A stretch of DNA of 64,000 bases from Octopus vulgaris (Eukaryota), in assembly GCA_951406725.2 (NCBI GenBank), contig OX597815.1, forward strand, positions 155,124,001-155,188,000, read 5' to 3'. The notes below the pieces were generated by a model. The model did no database searches and had not been told where the DNA came from. It saw nothing but the letters and a program-made list of their open reading frames with translations. The translations under genes and the position numbers were made by a program. How positions within the stretch are numbered: the first letter of the stretch is position 1; every line of letters starts with the position of its first letter. Below, in pieces: positions 12,870 through 27,550 of this stretch.

Positions 12870-14737
12870 TTTTGTGTGTGTGTATGTGTGTGCAATTCTC
12901 TATATGATGTTAGAGTTATCGACTAATGCATCTATATCTAGTTTGCTTGTTTTTGGCTGTTTTTCGTCTCTCTATTATAATGTGATGCAATGGTTTCGTG
13001 CGGTGAACGTGTCTATAAACACAGGTGCAAACACACTCACACCTTCTGATGCGGCAGATATAAGAAAAACACAAACATCCACACAAAATAAATAAAGTTA
13101 TCCTGTCATTGACACGCGCACATACATCTACACATATAGACATATACAGATAAACACAGACAAAATGAAACATAAACACACGAAAATTCACAGTACGTTA
13201 TAAACACGTATATATATTAACACTTACATATATGCCGGCAGAAAAATTAAAAGCTACAATGTTTGTTTCAAATCTTCTCGATTTACCAATAACTAACTGA
13301 CCCTCATAGTGTTCAGATAAACAACAGCGGGACTAAAAGAATGCCTGCAGAGAAATTAGCAGGCATTAATGTGATGAGTCTAACAAATGCGAGTCCACAG
13401 AATCAGATTTCGGTGATTTTTTTTCTGCCCCTGGCAGAGTGTCGATAAACAATAGCAATGCTAAAGGAACATTCACTGATAATTTGTGAGAAGTCGTTGC
13501 TCTTTTCGAGTAGAACAACAATGTCTGTTCTGTTCGGCAGTGTCCTTCTAATATAGAGTTGGATAACATTCCCGTTTCGAGGGTTATCTAGACTACAGTT
13601 TTAAATGTATCCTTTTTCATTTAAAATATTATGGTGTGCTTCTAAGGGGATTAGGTTACTATTCTTAGGATGCCAAATGATTACCGAAAGGCTTTCTTAT
13701 GTTTGTTGTCGTGCAAGGTGCCGCGCACGCAGATCAAAAGACCCAGTTTCGGTGGAACTCTAATAAGAAAAAAAAACAAAACAAATAACTATGCCAGCTA
13801 AAAGAACGTCTTTAGAGCATTCACACATATACATGTACATGTACACACACATACACTCGCACACACACACGCACGCATGCACGCACACACATACACACAT
13901 ACATACCTACATATATACATACATACATACACACACACATACATTTATATGAGTGAGTGGACAAACGTTAAGAGTCATTCAGCACAGTTGGTGTTACACA
14001 TATTTTACTAGCCGTACCCGGAGAAGTTCCACAATAAATGCGAATCATTTTAGATGGCTGTAAGCTTAAAAAGTGACATAAAAATTAGCGTTCCTTTATA
14101 AATTGCACATTCTGCATAATTCTCATACAGAAAAAGTTTTCATTTTTTTCTGGATAAGGCTGCAATTGAAGGAGCATGAATTCCCCATACTTTCAAAATT
14201 TCAGAGGTTCATTTATAAATCTAAGAGCTATACAACTATGATTACAAAGAATATTCCTGTCATTAATGTTACTTTCAACCGTATATTTACAGTTTTTTTG
14301 TTTTTTTTTGTTTTTGCTTGGTCGTTCCCTCTGATTTACATTTTATATTCTAACTTGAATAGGTCCCCTTATCTGTTGTAAATATTCACTCTATACTCTT
14401 TGATTCATATTTTCTCTTCCACACACTGATGTTCCCGTGCTTATTCTAGCGTTTCGATCCATTGCTTCTGTTTGCGCTCTTATTCGGTTTCATTTTTTCT
14501 CTTGTTCGATTATATCGTCTGTCATCTATGTCAGCAAATATCAATTTCCAAGGGAGCAGGTGATAATTTGCACTTATACGCATGCGCTAAGTGATGGATA
14601 ATATAAAGAACTTAGTTCAATTTTGAAAAAAATTATACTTTTCACTATTCACTATTCAAATAGCTGTTTTAGCCACGTAAGATTGCCCTGCTTGTATGAC
14701 AAGCCACCGAAAATTTAAGTATTATACACATATCAAA

Positions 14738-14773
<36 letters not shown>

Positions 14774-14853
14774 AATTGCAGCGTGGAAGGTGTTTATAAG
14801 CCATTTAAGAAACACACAAAAGCCGTTCGATTCACTCCAACATTTAAGTTTAA

Positions 14854-14903
14854 TTTGTCAAAATATTTTCGTCGCTAAAATCCGCGACCTGTTCACTGAC
14901 AAA
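14854..14903 (-). ncRNA. Minimal type-I hammerhead ribozyme, G3:C8 core variant
   Basis: uuuguca-GUGAACA-g-gucgc(ggauuuua)gcgac-GAAA-auau-U-U-ugacaaa: 7-bp stem I, 5-bp stem II, palindromic stem III AAUAUU. Confidence 0.75.
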
Positions 14904-15142
14904 GTCCGTGCTGCATATATATATATATATATATGTATTACTTACTTCAGTCATTAGACTGCAGCCATGTTGGGGCACCACCTCGAAGTTTTAGCCGAAT
15001 GAATCAACCCCTGTACTAATTTTTTAAGTCTTGTAGTTATTCTATCGGTCACTTTCACCGAACTGCGAAGTTACGTGGACGCAGCAACACTAACACTGAT
15101 TGTGAAGTGGTGATAGGAAGCAAATACAGACATAAAGACACA

Positions 15143-15221
<79 letters not shown>

Positions 15222-15725
15222 CACTTTCATATACCTTACCATTTCTACTAAGTTGTACTCCTCTCACACAATAATGTTTCTTCCTATTTTGCTCCTATTC
15301 TTCTTATGCCTTCTTCAATAAGAATAGTATACCGTACTTATTGGTAACTGATTCATATGTGTATGTGTATGTATGTGTATGTATATGTGTATGTATATGT
15401 GTGTGTATGCGTGTGTGTGTGCATGCATTGGCCCTCTTAACCTTTTAGACTCTCTTTTTGACCCTCTAAGTAAGCCTTGAGGCACATTCAAAACCCAAAT
15501 CTACCAGTCCCTACAGAACACTAAAAAGATCGAAAAAACATAGAGGGTGTAGTGGCCTGTTGGCATAAACGGCCGTAAGGAACTGTTATTTTACTCTTTT
15601 ATGTATTACTGGTACATATGTCTGTAGCACACAGTCTTTTATATGTATATATTCTTACAAATACCTTAGAATAAATAGACATAATAAAATGTCTCACAGT
15701 TGATATCCCCTCCATTTTCTTTTTG

Positions 15726-15782
<57 letters not shown>

Positions 15783-15960
15783 CGTGTGTATTAATATATA
15801 TACGACGGGCTTCTTTCAGTTTCCGTCTACCAAATACACTCAAAAGGCTTTGGTTGACCCGACGCTAATGTAGAAGACACTTGCCACGGAAGACACTTGC
15901 CACTGAACCCGGAATCATGTGGTTGGGAAGTAAGCTGCTTACCACACAGGCACGGCTGCA

Positions 15961-16016
<56 letters not shown>

Positions 16017-16129
16017 TGTATGTATGTATGTATATATATATATCTATTGAAAATGTGTGGAAACATAGAAAAGGGGGAAGAGACATTCCTCCATTTCACA
16101 TAGTTTTAATATCTTTTTATAAAATATAT

Positions 16130-16510
16130 TTACTCTTTTTTTACTTGTTTCAGCCATTTGACTGTGGCCATCCTGGAGCACCGCCTTTTAGTCGAGCAAA
16201 TCGACCCCAGGACTTATTCTTTGTAAGCCTCATACTTATTCTATCGGTCTATTTTGCTGAACCGCTAAGTTACGAGGACGTAAACACACCAGCATCGGTC
16301 CTCAAGCGATGTTGGGGCACAAACACAAACACACAAACATATACATACACTTACATATATACATATACATATATACGACGGACTTCTTTCAGTTTCCGTC
16401 TTCCAAATCCACTCACAAGACTTTGGTCGGTCTGAGGCTTTAGAAGACACTTGTCCAAGGTGCCACGCAGTGGGACTGAACCCGGAACCATGTGGTTAGT
16501 AAGCAAGCTA
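16130..16510 (-). mobile_element. Major tRNA-derived SINE family, near full length
   Basis: Head ggagtggctgtgtggtaag...ggttccgggttcagtccc, internal (TA/CA)n, tail cagtcaaatggctgaaacaagtaaaa; partial copies at ~14935-15140 and ~15800-15962. Confidence 0.9.
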
Positions 16511-16529
16511 CTTACCACACAGCCACTCC

Positions 16530-18420
<1,891 letters not shown>

Positions 18421-18421
18421 T

Positions 18422-18454
<33 letters not shown>

Positions 18455-18524
18455 CATACGCATATATATACATACATATATACATACACATATATATGTA
18501 TATATATACATATATATATACATG

Positions 18525-18595
<71 letters not shown>

Positions 18596-18599
18596 CCAT

Positions 18600-18780
18600 G
18601 ATAGATCGGTAGGCACTACACACATTTTTTCTCTCCTTATTTCTTTCTGTGTTCCTTTCTGTGGAAGAGCGTAGGCTCGACACGTAAAATACTTTTTCAA
18701 ACCCAGAGCGTTATCTTCTGTTTATCTTCTACACCACCTGTCGTCGTCTTTTGTTTTGTTTTTTTCCGTGAACTCTCCCC
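18600..18780 (+). mobile_element. Short Penelope-type terminal repeat with decayed hammerhead-like motif (18656-18689)
   Basis: uuu-CUGUGGA-a-gagc(guag)gcuc-GACAC-GU-A-aaa; same family as 41522-41690; flanked by (TA)n. Confidence 0.6.
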
Positions 18781-18788
18781 CCTCCCCA

Positions 18789-18836
<48 letters not shown>

Positions 18837-18839
<3 letters not shown>

Positions 18840-19732
18840 GGTGCTGCGGTGAATAAACTGACGTTTAAATTACGCAAAAATTTAAATAACACATGCATCT
18901 CATTTTAAGAGATATATTTACTAAAATTACATAAAAACATCTTGAAATGCTAAAGAGTAAATTCATTCAATAAAGTCGTCATTGACTTCAAACACGGCCT
19001 CCAAACGACTTCGGAATCTCCTGCAACTCATCCTGAAACTCATCTACCTTGTTTAAGTTAGTGAATATTGCCATAATCTTTGCCTTCAGTGCATCTTTGG
19101 TGTTACAAGGAGTTTTCTTGGTCTTTCACTCAACTGCGCCCCGTACATAATAATTAAGGAGGTTGCAGTCTGGAGAGTTAAGTGACCAGATGTTAGGGGT
19201 GATGTGGTTGCAGAAGTTGTCTGACAGCTATAACTGGGTTTTACTGCTTGTGTGGCATGGTGTAGAGCCGTGTTGCCAGAGATAGAGTCTTCCAGCAGCC
19301 ATCCTCGCGACACAGAGCAGCACTACCTCAACCAGGCACTTGATATAGGCCTCCATGTTGAGTCTGAGGCTGTGTGGGAAAAAGAATGGCGGCATAATTT
19401 CGCCATCTCTAGTGATCATTCCAAACACCATGATGCTGACTGGATGTTTGATTTTTATTACTCTCGGTACATTACATGTTCTCAGATTGCATTGTCCTCA
19501 ATTGGACACCCAAACACTCTGAAATTTTCGTACTGAAGCTTCCGGTGCGAATGCCAAGCAGGACATTATGTCGTTTTCAATTTCTGGTAGAGTGAACTGC
19601 ATTATGGTGCTGTTTTACTCAAAGACGGTGTCCAACTGACCCTACCATACTGTGTAGTCGACCACATCAAAAACAACGTGCAATCGTGAATTTAAAAATA
19701 CAAGATGGCAAAAATTTACCTATCGTACCTTG
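18837..19732 (-). mobile_element. Internally deleted Tc1/mariner (maT/DD37D-like) transposon
   Basis: Imperfect TIRs with TA flanks; VMVFGMITRDGEIMPPFFF...WQ...PCHTS.KTQ...NSPDCNLLNYY. Confidence 0.85.
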
Positions 19733-19778
19733 TAAATATATATGCGTGTATGTGCGTGTGTGTGTGTGGGGGGTGTAA

Positions 19779-20004
19779 TGTAATCGGATACCCATTGACT
19801 CTCCTGAGTTCATTTACCTGTCCCATCCTTTGACGGTCGGTCTTGTTTTACATTCTGTTGAGTATCCGAAAGGCTCCCCTTTATTTCACGAAGCATGCTT
19901 CGTATTGTTGTCGATTTAGTCGCTAACGGCCCGACAATGCAATTGCTGCAGCATAACAAATATTCACTTACAAGGTGCATTAGTCCACCACTTAACCCGC
20001 AATA
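19779..20004. mobile_element. Possible solo LTR (~225 bp)
   Basis: Discrete non-microsatellite block with tgtaat...gcaata ends and a minus-strand AATAAA; no clear target duplication. Confidence 0.3.
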
Positions 20005-20044
20005 TATATATATGTATAGAGAGAGAAATAATAATAATAATAAG

Positions 20045-20964
20045 TATGATAAAAATAGCTCTTTCTTCCCGTTTGAAGGAAGGAGGCGTGACGATATTAA
20101 CGATAGACTCGGCTGATAAACCGACACGTCCCACACGTGACAGCAGTCGTTCGACATAAGCCCACAGGTCGGAAATTGCTGGACACTGCACGATTGCGTG
20201 CAGAGCGATTTCGTCGCTCTGTCCGCATCTCGGGCAGGTCGGCCCCGTGTTTCTCGAGCCATGCCTATATAGCTTATCCCGAATGGGTAGCGCTTCTCGG
20301 TAGCACCGCCAGACCAGGGATCTCTGGAAGTTGTCCATAGGTCCCGGGCCGAAAGTCGTTTGAAACAGGTGGGTCAGGTATTCCTCGTCGACGTCCAGGT
20401 TTGCCCCGAGATCGTCGTCGTACCTCCCCTCCACTAATCCCCTATAGAATGCTTTGGTTGTGTTGAAGTCACTCAAGGTCGACCCGGGACGGCAGAGTTG
20501 CTTGGGAGTAACGCGACACTCGCGGTGCCATTCGCCCTTTTTCGGCCTCTTTTTGATCCACGACTGCAGTTCGGTCATGGAGACGAGTTGCGGGAATGCG
20601 TGCCTCACAAACGGCGACCACACCTGTTCACCGTCGTCTACATAGAGCCGGAGATGTCGCAGTCTCAGCGCGTGTCTGCGCATCATCAACCACGGCATGC
20701 CCAGCCCTCCTTTTAACGGGTGTTGACAGCAAATGGATCGCCTGACCATCGGGACGCATCCTTTCCACAAGAAGCGGAAGAGAATGCGTTCTAGTTTGGT
20801 GATGGTAGGGTCGGGACAAGGTACGACGGTCAGGCGGTAGTAGATGATGGACGCGATGTACGTGTTCGCCACCTCCGCCCGACCTTTTAGGGACAGTTTC
20901 CTCTCGGCCCATTGCTGGGCGAGAGTGACCACCCTACTCGTTATCTCGTTCCAGTTCTTCTCCA
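20045..20964 (-). mobile_element. L1/Tx1-clade LINE ORF2 C-terminal fragment (post-RT region + zf-RVT), frame open
   Basis: ORF 19964-21094: W..RKLSLKGR..VAN..I.SII.Y, GGLGMP, CPRCGQSDEIALHAIVQCP; 5' junction at (GATA)n; the ORF ends are microsatellite and neighbour read-through. Confidence 0.9.
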
Positions 20965-20975
20965 GATAGATAGAC

Positions 20976-21061
<86 letters not shown>

Positions 21062-21063
<2 letters not shown>

Positions 21064-21345
21064 GTGTTTCTTTATTAGCCACACAGGGCTGCACACAGAC
21101 GGGACAGATTACAAAGTAGAGCTTTTCTTTTGGGGGAGAAAAGAAAAAAAAAGTGGGGTAGGTTTTCGATCAAAAGGGATTGTAAAAGGGAAAGAAAAAA
21201 AAAGAAAAAGAAAAGAAAAAAATTCAAAAGGTATCGTGTATCACAGAAATGTCATGATGTAAAGTGTAAAGGGAGAAGCAGATAAGGTTTATTCGTGGAA
21301 AGAAAAGCCTACGGAAAAGACCGCGGTAACCTCGGTCAAAAATGT
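21062..21345 (-). mobile_element. LINE 3'UTR with AATAAA and (TCTA)n tail, probably the same Tx1-like family
   Basis: Minus strand ...gcagccctgtgtggctaataaagaaacaca followed by (tcta)n. Confidence 0.6.
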
Positions 21346-21511
21346 TACATGTTACCACATTAGTTTGCAATGTGCATGATGTGTGCTTGTGTGTGCGTGC
21401 GTGTGTGTGCGTGCGTGTGTGTATGTGTATACACACACACACACACACACACATACCGTCTTATAAGGGTAAAATACCCGATTTTTCTCTCTGCTGCTTT
21501 CATGCATATAA

Positions 21512-21821
21512 TTGTTGTTTGTTCCCGACCGGGTCACGCGTGGCTCATAAGGGCCGGTTTCACAGTTTCCTTGGCGTATAGGTTCCCTACCTGGACGGGA
21601 CGCCGGTCCGTTGCAGGTGAGCTGCAAGATGCAGGAGGAAAGAGTGAGAGAAATTTGTGGCGAAAGAGTTAGCAGAAGTTCGCAATTACCTTTTGCCGGG
21701 GTCGCATGGAGATTAGATGTTTCGCTTATAATCACACACATTGCCTGGTCTGAGATTCGAACACGCGATCCTTCGACCGCAAGTTCGCTGCTCTTACCAC
21801 TAGGCCATGAGCCTCCACCAT
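21512..21821 (-). mobile_element. tRNA-derived SINE (V-SINE-like 3' part)
   Basis: A-box tggcctagtgg, B-box gttcgaatc, cctgcaacggaccggcgtcccgtccagg, (aac)n tail; target duplication atgcatataat / atgcctataat. Confidence 0.85.
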
Positions 21822-22115
21822 GCCTATAATGCTTTCGAAATTTAAGTTCATGCCTGTAAATTATCAACACATTCGACGCTTCTGAAGGTTGTTTATAAAA
21901 TTTTCTCGCATTCTAAAAGCTAATAATTATCATTAAAACTGACGGTAAGCATTGTAAGTGGGACCCGTTTAGCCTAATGGAAGAGCACTCAACAGGTCTT
22001 TAAGATAAGGAGGCGTGCTGGTAACTTTTTACCGCCTTATAAGGGTAAAAACTCAATCTTTCTCTCTGCTGTTTTCACAACTATATTGCGTTCGAAGCTC
22101 GCTCTCTTGTCTGAT

Positions 22116-22182
<67 letters not shown>

Positions 22183-22204
22183 CATACATACATACATACA
22201 TACA

Positions 22205-22240
<36 letters not shown>

Positions 22241-22357
22241 TATACGCTCGAAACGTTAAACCCGCCTTCTTCCCTTCTTCCTGAGCGTCCAATAATACTT
22301 TATTTGTTCCACGTCCTCGCGTTGTTGTGTTTTTTTTGTGTTTTCTTGTTTGGATTA

Positions 22358-22425
<68 letters not shown>

Positions 22426-22428
<3 letters not shown>

Positions 22429-22547
22429 TTATATATATAAAACTGAGAATGTGTGTGTGTCTGTCTGTCTGTCTGTGTGTTTCCCTAAAACTTGAGAACT
22501 ACACAACCAATTTCATTCAAATTTTACACATGCCTTACTAAGGGTCC
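22426..22547 (+). mobile_element. Helitron 5' terminal fragment
   Basis: TC + tatatataaaa start, (gtct)n; inverted homolog of 23775-23884. Confidence 0.7.
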
Positions 22548-22722
22548 GGCGAACACCAGCGAACTCAAATGAAGAGCAGTGTGACGCGTGGTTTGTGGGT
22601 ACCCGTGTCCATCACTCCAGTTTCCTCATTTCCACACCTTCATTATCCATACTCCATGTTTTGTCTGTCCTGTATTGTCCCTTCTGTGTATTAGCCTTTA
22701 CCTTTTACTGAATATATATATA

Positions 22723-23883
22723 CTAGCTTCAAAGACCCGTCGTTGCCGGATCATAGTGCTAGTGCATGTATATATGTGTATATATATATGTGTACATATT
22801 ACATGTACATCTATATATATACATCTACACATAAAATACAAAATACAAAGTTATATCTTGATATCGCTAGTGACAACAATACTCAAAATATATAACAGAC
22901 TGGAATTGTTAGCCCGTCTCTTGTAATTTCGATCAATTGTATCTTGTTCTCCCTCTTGTATAGAAGTGTGACTACAATCCAGCCTACCTCTACTTCTGGG
23001 GGGGGGGCATTAAAATTTTTTTTCAGGGACGTCCTACGTCCCAGATATAAAGGTAAAAGTAAAATATTTCCACTTTTCAAGTTCGAGTCGAGTACTCCCT
23101 TGCACGCTCCGTTGACTCGAACCTTGCTTCTATTGTGGAGAATTTACCGCCTCTGATTAGATACCTTTCATAGTCGCACCAAGACACTTTTCGAAGGTGC
23201 TTTCCTCCATGTGTTCAAATCTTTTTTCTCTACATTACATACTTTATAGACAATAGTCTTTTCTTTAATTTAATTTTTTATTATCCATCTGGACTATTCC
23301 ATTTCTGCACGCTAATTTTATTTTTAATTTATTCCCATTCATTTGAAACCACTTATTCAAGTTCAAATCATTGATGCAATTTTATACCAATTGCTATTTT
23401 TACTTTTGTCATGTTACTTTAGTTTGATTTTAATTATTACTTACTACATATAATTCAATTGTTATTATTATTTTTATTGTTAAAGTGAAAGTATCTGACA
23501 TAAAATAGAAAAACGTTTTTGTTTCACTTTTAACACGTAATACTGAAATAGAGGAGAAGATATGATATTGCTATGGGCTCGCTCTAGGCAAGAAGTTGAA
23601 CACTTTTTCTGCCCATGAAACTACATGGACCCTAAGTAAGGCATGTGTAAAATTTGAATGGAATTGGTTGTGTAGTTCTCAAGTTTTAGGGAATCGTAAT
23701 GGAGAAGATATGATATTGCTGTGGGCTTGCCCTAGGCAAAAAGTTCGAAATCTTTTTTTCCGATGACACTCCTCGGACCCTAAGTAAGGCATGTGTAAAA
23801 GTTGAATGAAATTGGTTGCGCAGTTCTCAAGATTTAGGGAAACACACAGACAGACAGATATTCTCAGTTTTATATATATAAAG

Positions 23884-23884
<1 letters not shown>
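22723..23884 (-). mobile_element. Non-autonomous Helitron
   Basis: 5'-TC at 23884; subterminal GC hairpin and CTAG-3' at 22723 followed by T; internal ~150-bp tandem duplication at ~23550-23840. Confidence 0.7.
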
Positions 23885-23945
<61 letters not shown>

Positions 23946-23959
23946 TAACAGACGTACTT

Positions 23960-24320
23960 GTAAGGTAAAAACAGCTTGCTTCCTAACCACATGGTTCTTT
24001 CTTCAGTCCCACTGCGTGTCACCTTGGACATGTGTTTTCTACTATAGCTTCGGGCTGACCAAACCCTTGTGAGCAGATATAGTAGACGGAAATTGCAAGA
24101 CGCCGATCGTATGTATATATCTTTATATCTATCTGCGTGTCTGTGTTTGTCCTGCGTCACTGCTTGACAACCGGTGATGATCTGTGTATGTCCCTGTAAC
24201 CTAGCGGTTTGGTAAGAGTGGCCGTCAGGATATATATTAGGCTTAACAATAATACGTCCTGGAGTCGATTTGTTCGACTTTCAAGTGGTGACCCAGCATG
24301 ACCGCAATAAAAGGTAAACA
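23960..24320 (+). mobile_element. Major SINE family, diverged copy
   Basis: Colinear similarity to 26402-26877. Confidence 0.75.
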
Positions 24321-24341
24321 TGTATAAGATATATATATATA

Positions 24342-24590
24342 CAGGGTGTCCCAAAAGTCACTGATGGGATTCAATTTTTAATAACATACTTAAAATAAAT
24401 GCATGAAATTTTGATACAGTATAAAGGACATAATAGAAATTAATATGCAAAAGTCAAATTTTGCAACACCACTACACCACATATGAAAAATGACATTGCT
24501 TAAATGGCAGCCATTTTAGGCTTCGCACACCCGTGCTCTTTCCAAAACTTGCAGCATAACATACTCAAGAGTTTCAGACCCCACTTCTAT
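24342..24590 (-). mobile_element. Tc1/mariner terminal fragment
   Basis: ta|cagggtgtcccaaaagtc TIR-type end; transposase C-terminus-like aaatggcagccatttt segment. Confidence 0.55.
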
Positions 24591-24613
24591 GATTTCTTTT
24601 TATATATATACAT

Positions 24614-24684
<71 letters not shown>

Positions 24685-24799
24685 CATACATACATACATA
24701 CATACATACATACATACATACATACATACATACAGTTCCATACCCACTGACTGCAAGTTTCGGACAGAAGTTTCTAAAGTTAATTTCACAATAACCTCA

Positions 24800-25550
24800 C
24801 CGCCCTTCCTTCTCACTTTCTTCTTCATCTAAACTCCACTAATCCGCTCGTCATACTCCTCCGTATCCTCCCCTATCTCCCTCTACCAGCGTGTCCACCT
24901 TCCCCTGTTCATATCGTTTCTCGTTTTCTATTTCATACATTCTTTCAATCGCATATATTCTCATTGTGTCCCTGTTTCTCTCCTATAGTTCGTTTCCTAC
25001 TTCAGACACATCTCTCTCTGTCTCTATCCCTCTTCTATCTTCTCTCTATATCTCCGTCTTTTCTTCTTTCTATCTCTTTAAAATCAGTCTTATCTCTCTC
25101 TCCCTTTCTCTCTCTCTTTCTCACTCTCTCTCTCTCTCTCTCTTACTTTCTCTCTCTCACTCTCACTCCGTATTTCCCTGGATTTCTATACATTTCTTTC
25201 ATGCCGTTACTCCCTTTACTTTCCCATTTCATTTACCGCTTACTCCTACTCCTACTCCAACAGAATTACACCAACGATTACAACCACTTCTTTTGCTTAT
25301 TCTCTTCCCACCACTCACGTCTATTTCCTCTAATTACTTCTTCGCTTTGTTTTCCTTTTCTTTACATTTTCTCATCTTCCGCTTCCTATTCTCCCTTCCC
25401 AATACTCCGTCATCATTTCTTTTCTTTCACCTCCTTCGCAATCAGATGTTATCCTCCCTCCTCTATCTCTCTCTCTCTCTCTCTCTTTCTCACACGCTCG
25501 TTCACTTTTCACTCACTCTCTCCCCCTTTCTCTTCCCCCCTCCATAGTCT
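24800..25550 (+). repeat. ~750-bp pyrimidine-rich low-complexity tract
   Basis: Nearly G-free + strand with (CT)n runs. Confidence 0.9.
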
Positions 25551-26401
25551 CATACAATTACTTAACTGTTAACTGTAACAGGTGAGAGAGAAAGAGAGAG
25601 AGAGAGTGAAAGGGAGTTCGAAAGAGAATACTTTTTTTTTACTATTTTATTTTATTTATTTTATCTGAAATATACTTGATGAGTGCGAGCATGCGCGCAC
25701 ACACTGGCACACACGCATGAAAGTGCGTATCTATGTATATATACACACGTACGTATTTAAATGCACACACACACCCACACACACCCCCACACACAAGATT
25801 ATTCACCCGCACGTAGACACCCACGCACGCTTCTACACAAACATTCATACGTGTATGTATGTACACACGCATACACACATACACATACACACAAATGCAC
25901 ATACTCTCTCACACACGCAAATGCATATACTCACACCCCCACACGCACACACTCACACACACACACACACAAAAGCATATACTCACACACGCACACGCAC
26001 ACACATACTCTTATACACACACTCACACATAATGCGAGCGCGCACAAAAGTTTGCGAAATGCTAGCAACACGAGCAGCAAATTCCGGGAATCTATGATTC
26101 GATTGGATGTCGGCACAGAACGGAAGGAACCAAAAAAAGTAAAAAATAAAAAAAGATATATAAATAAATAAATAAATAAAAGAAAAGAAATGACTAAACA
26201 AATAAATCTATAGAACAAACAGCAACAGCAACAACAGCAACAACAAAACAGTCACCGAGAAATTCTTCTAAACAACCCCAGTGATGAACTACTGTAACGC
26301 CAAACAAATATTTCTGAATTATTTTGCTATGGAATGGATGCAAAGTTGAATTTCTACATCGGCGTGTGTGAATCGCTTTTGATATTGTAGCTTTTTTGTT
26401 A

Positions 26402-26601
26402 TACTCTTTTACTTGTTTCAGTCACTTGACTGCGGCCATGCTGGAACACCGCCTTTTTTAGTCGAGCAAATCAACCCCAGGACTTATTCTTTGTAAGCTT
26501 AGTACTTATTCTATCGGTCTTTGTTTTGCCGAACCGCTAATTTACGGGGACGTAAACACACCAGGATCGGTTGTCAAGCGATGTTGGGGGAACAAACATA
26601 G

Positions 26602-26632
<31 letters not shown>

Positions 26633-26654
26633 CGCACACACACGCACACACACA

Positions 26655-26704
<50 letters not shown>

Positions 26705-26877
26705 CATATATACGACGGGCTTCTTTCAGTTTCTGTGTACGAAATCCACCCACGAGGCTTTGGTCGGCCCGAGGCTATAGTAGAAGACATTTGCCCAAGG
26801 TGCCACGCAGTGGGACTGAACCCGGAACCATGTGGTTGGTAAGCAAGCTACTTACCACACAACCACTCCTGCGCCTA
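26402..26877 (-). mobile_element. Major SINE family, full length
   Basis: Complete head ggcgcaggagtggttgtgtggtaag through tail gaaacaagtaaaagagta. Confidence 0.92.
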
Positions 26878-26899
26878 TAGTAATTTATAGTAATTTTTT

Positions 26900-27286
26900 T
26901 TTTGCCATTATTGTAGTTGTTTTTGTAGTCTTTGCTCTAGGTATTGTTATTGTTGTTATTGAAGTTTTTGCTGCCATATAGTTGTTGTTGTCGTTGTTAT
27001 TATCGTTGTGATAGTCGTTATAACCGTTACTGGTGTTGATATCGTCAGTTTTGAGGTTGTTGCTGTTGTTATCGCAATGATGGTTGTTGTATTGTCATCA
27101 CGGTAGCAGCAGCAGAAGCAACAGTAGTAGTAGTCGTAGTAGTAGTAGTAGTAGTAGTAGTAGTTTTTGTTGTTGTTTCTGTTGCTGTTGTTATTGCTAT
27201 TACGGTTGTTGTATTATCGACGCAACAGTAGTAGTAGTAGTAGTAGCAGCAGTAGTAGCAGTACAGCAGCAGCAGCAGTAGTAGTC

Positions 27287-27318
<32 letters not shown>

Positions 27319-27322
27319 CGTC

Positions 27323-27381
<59 letters not shown>

Positions 27382-27404
27382 CGTCGTCGTCGTCGTCGTC
27401 GTAA

Positions 27405-27440
<36 letters not shown>

Positions 27441-27550
27441 CTGTTGTTGCTGTTTTTGTTGTTATTGTTGATGTGCCTGTCGTCGTTATTTTTTTTTTGT
27501 TGTTAGTTTCGTTCTCGCCATCGTATCATCATCATCGTCGTCGCCGTCAC
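26900..27550. repeat. Compound (GTT)/(GTA)/(GCA)/(GTC) trinucleotide array
   Basis: Direct inspection. Confidence 0.95.

Noticed and set aside
15260-15325. Minus-strand UUGAAGA...GAAAC...GUG hammerhead-like motif
   Set aside because: No stem II, G at the cleavage position, unpaired 3:8
21970-22035. ctaatgg-agcac...gtgct-gtaac hammerhead-like remnant near a short direct repeat (~21456, ~22031)
   Set aside because: Too many core substitutions to call
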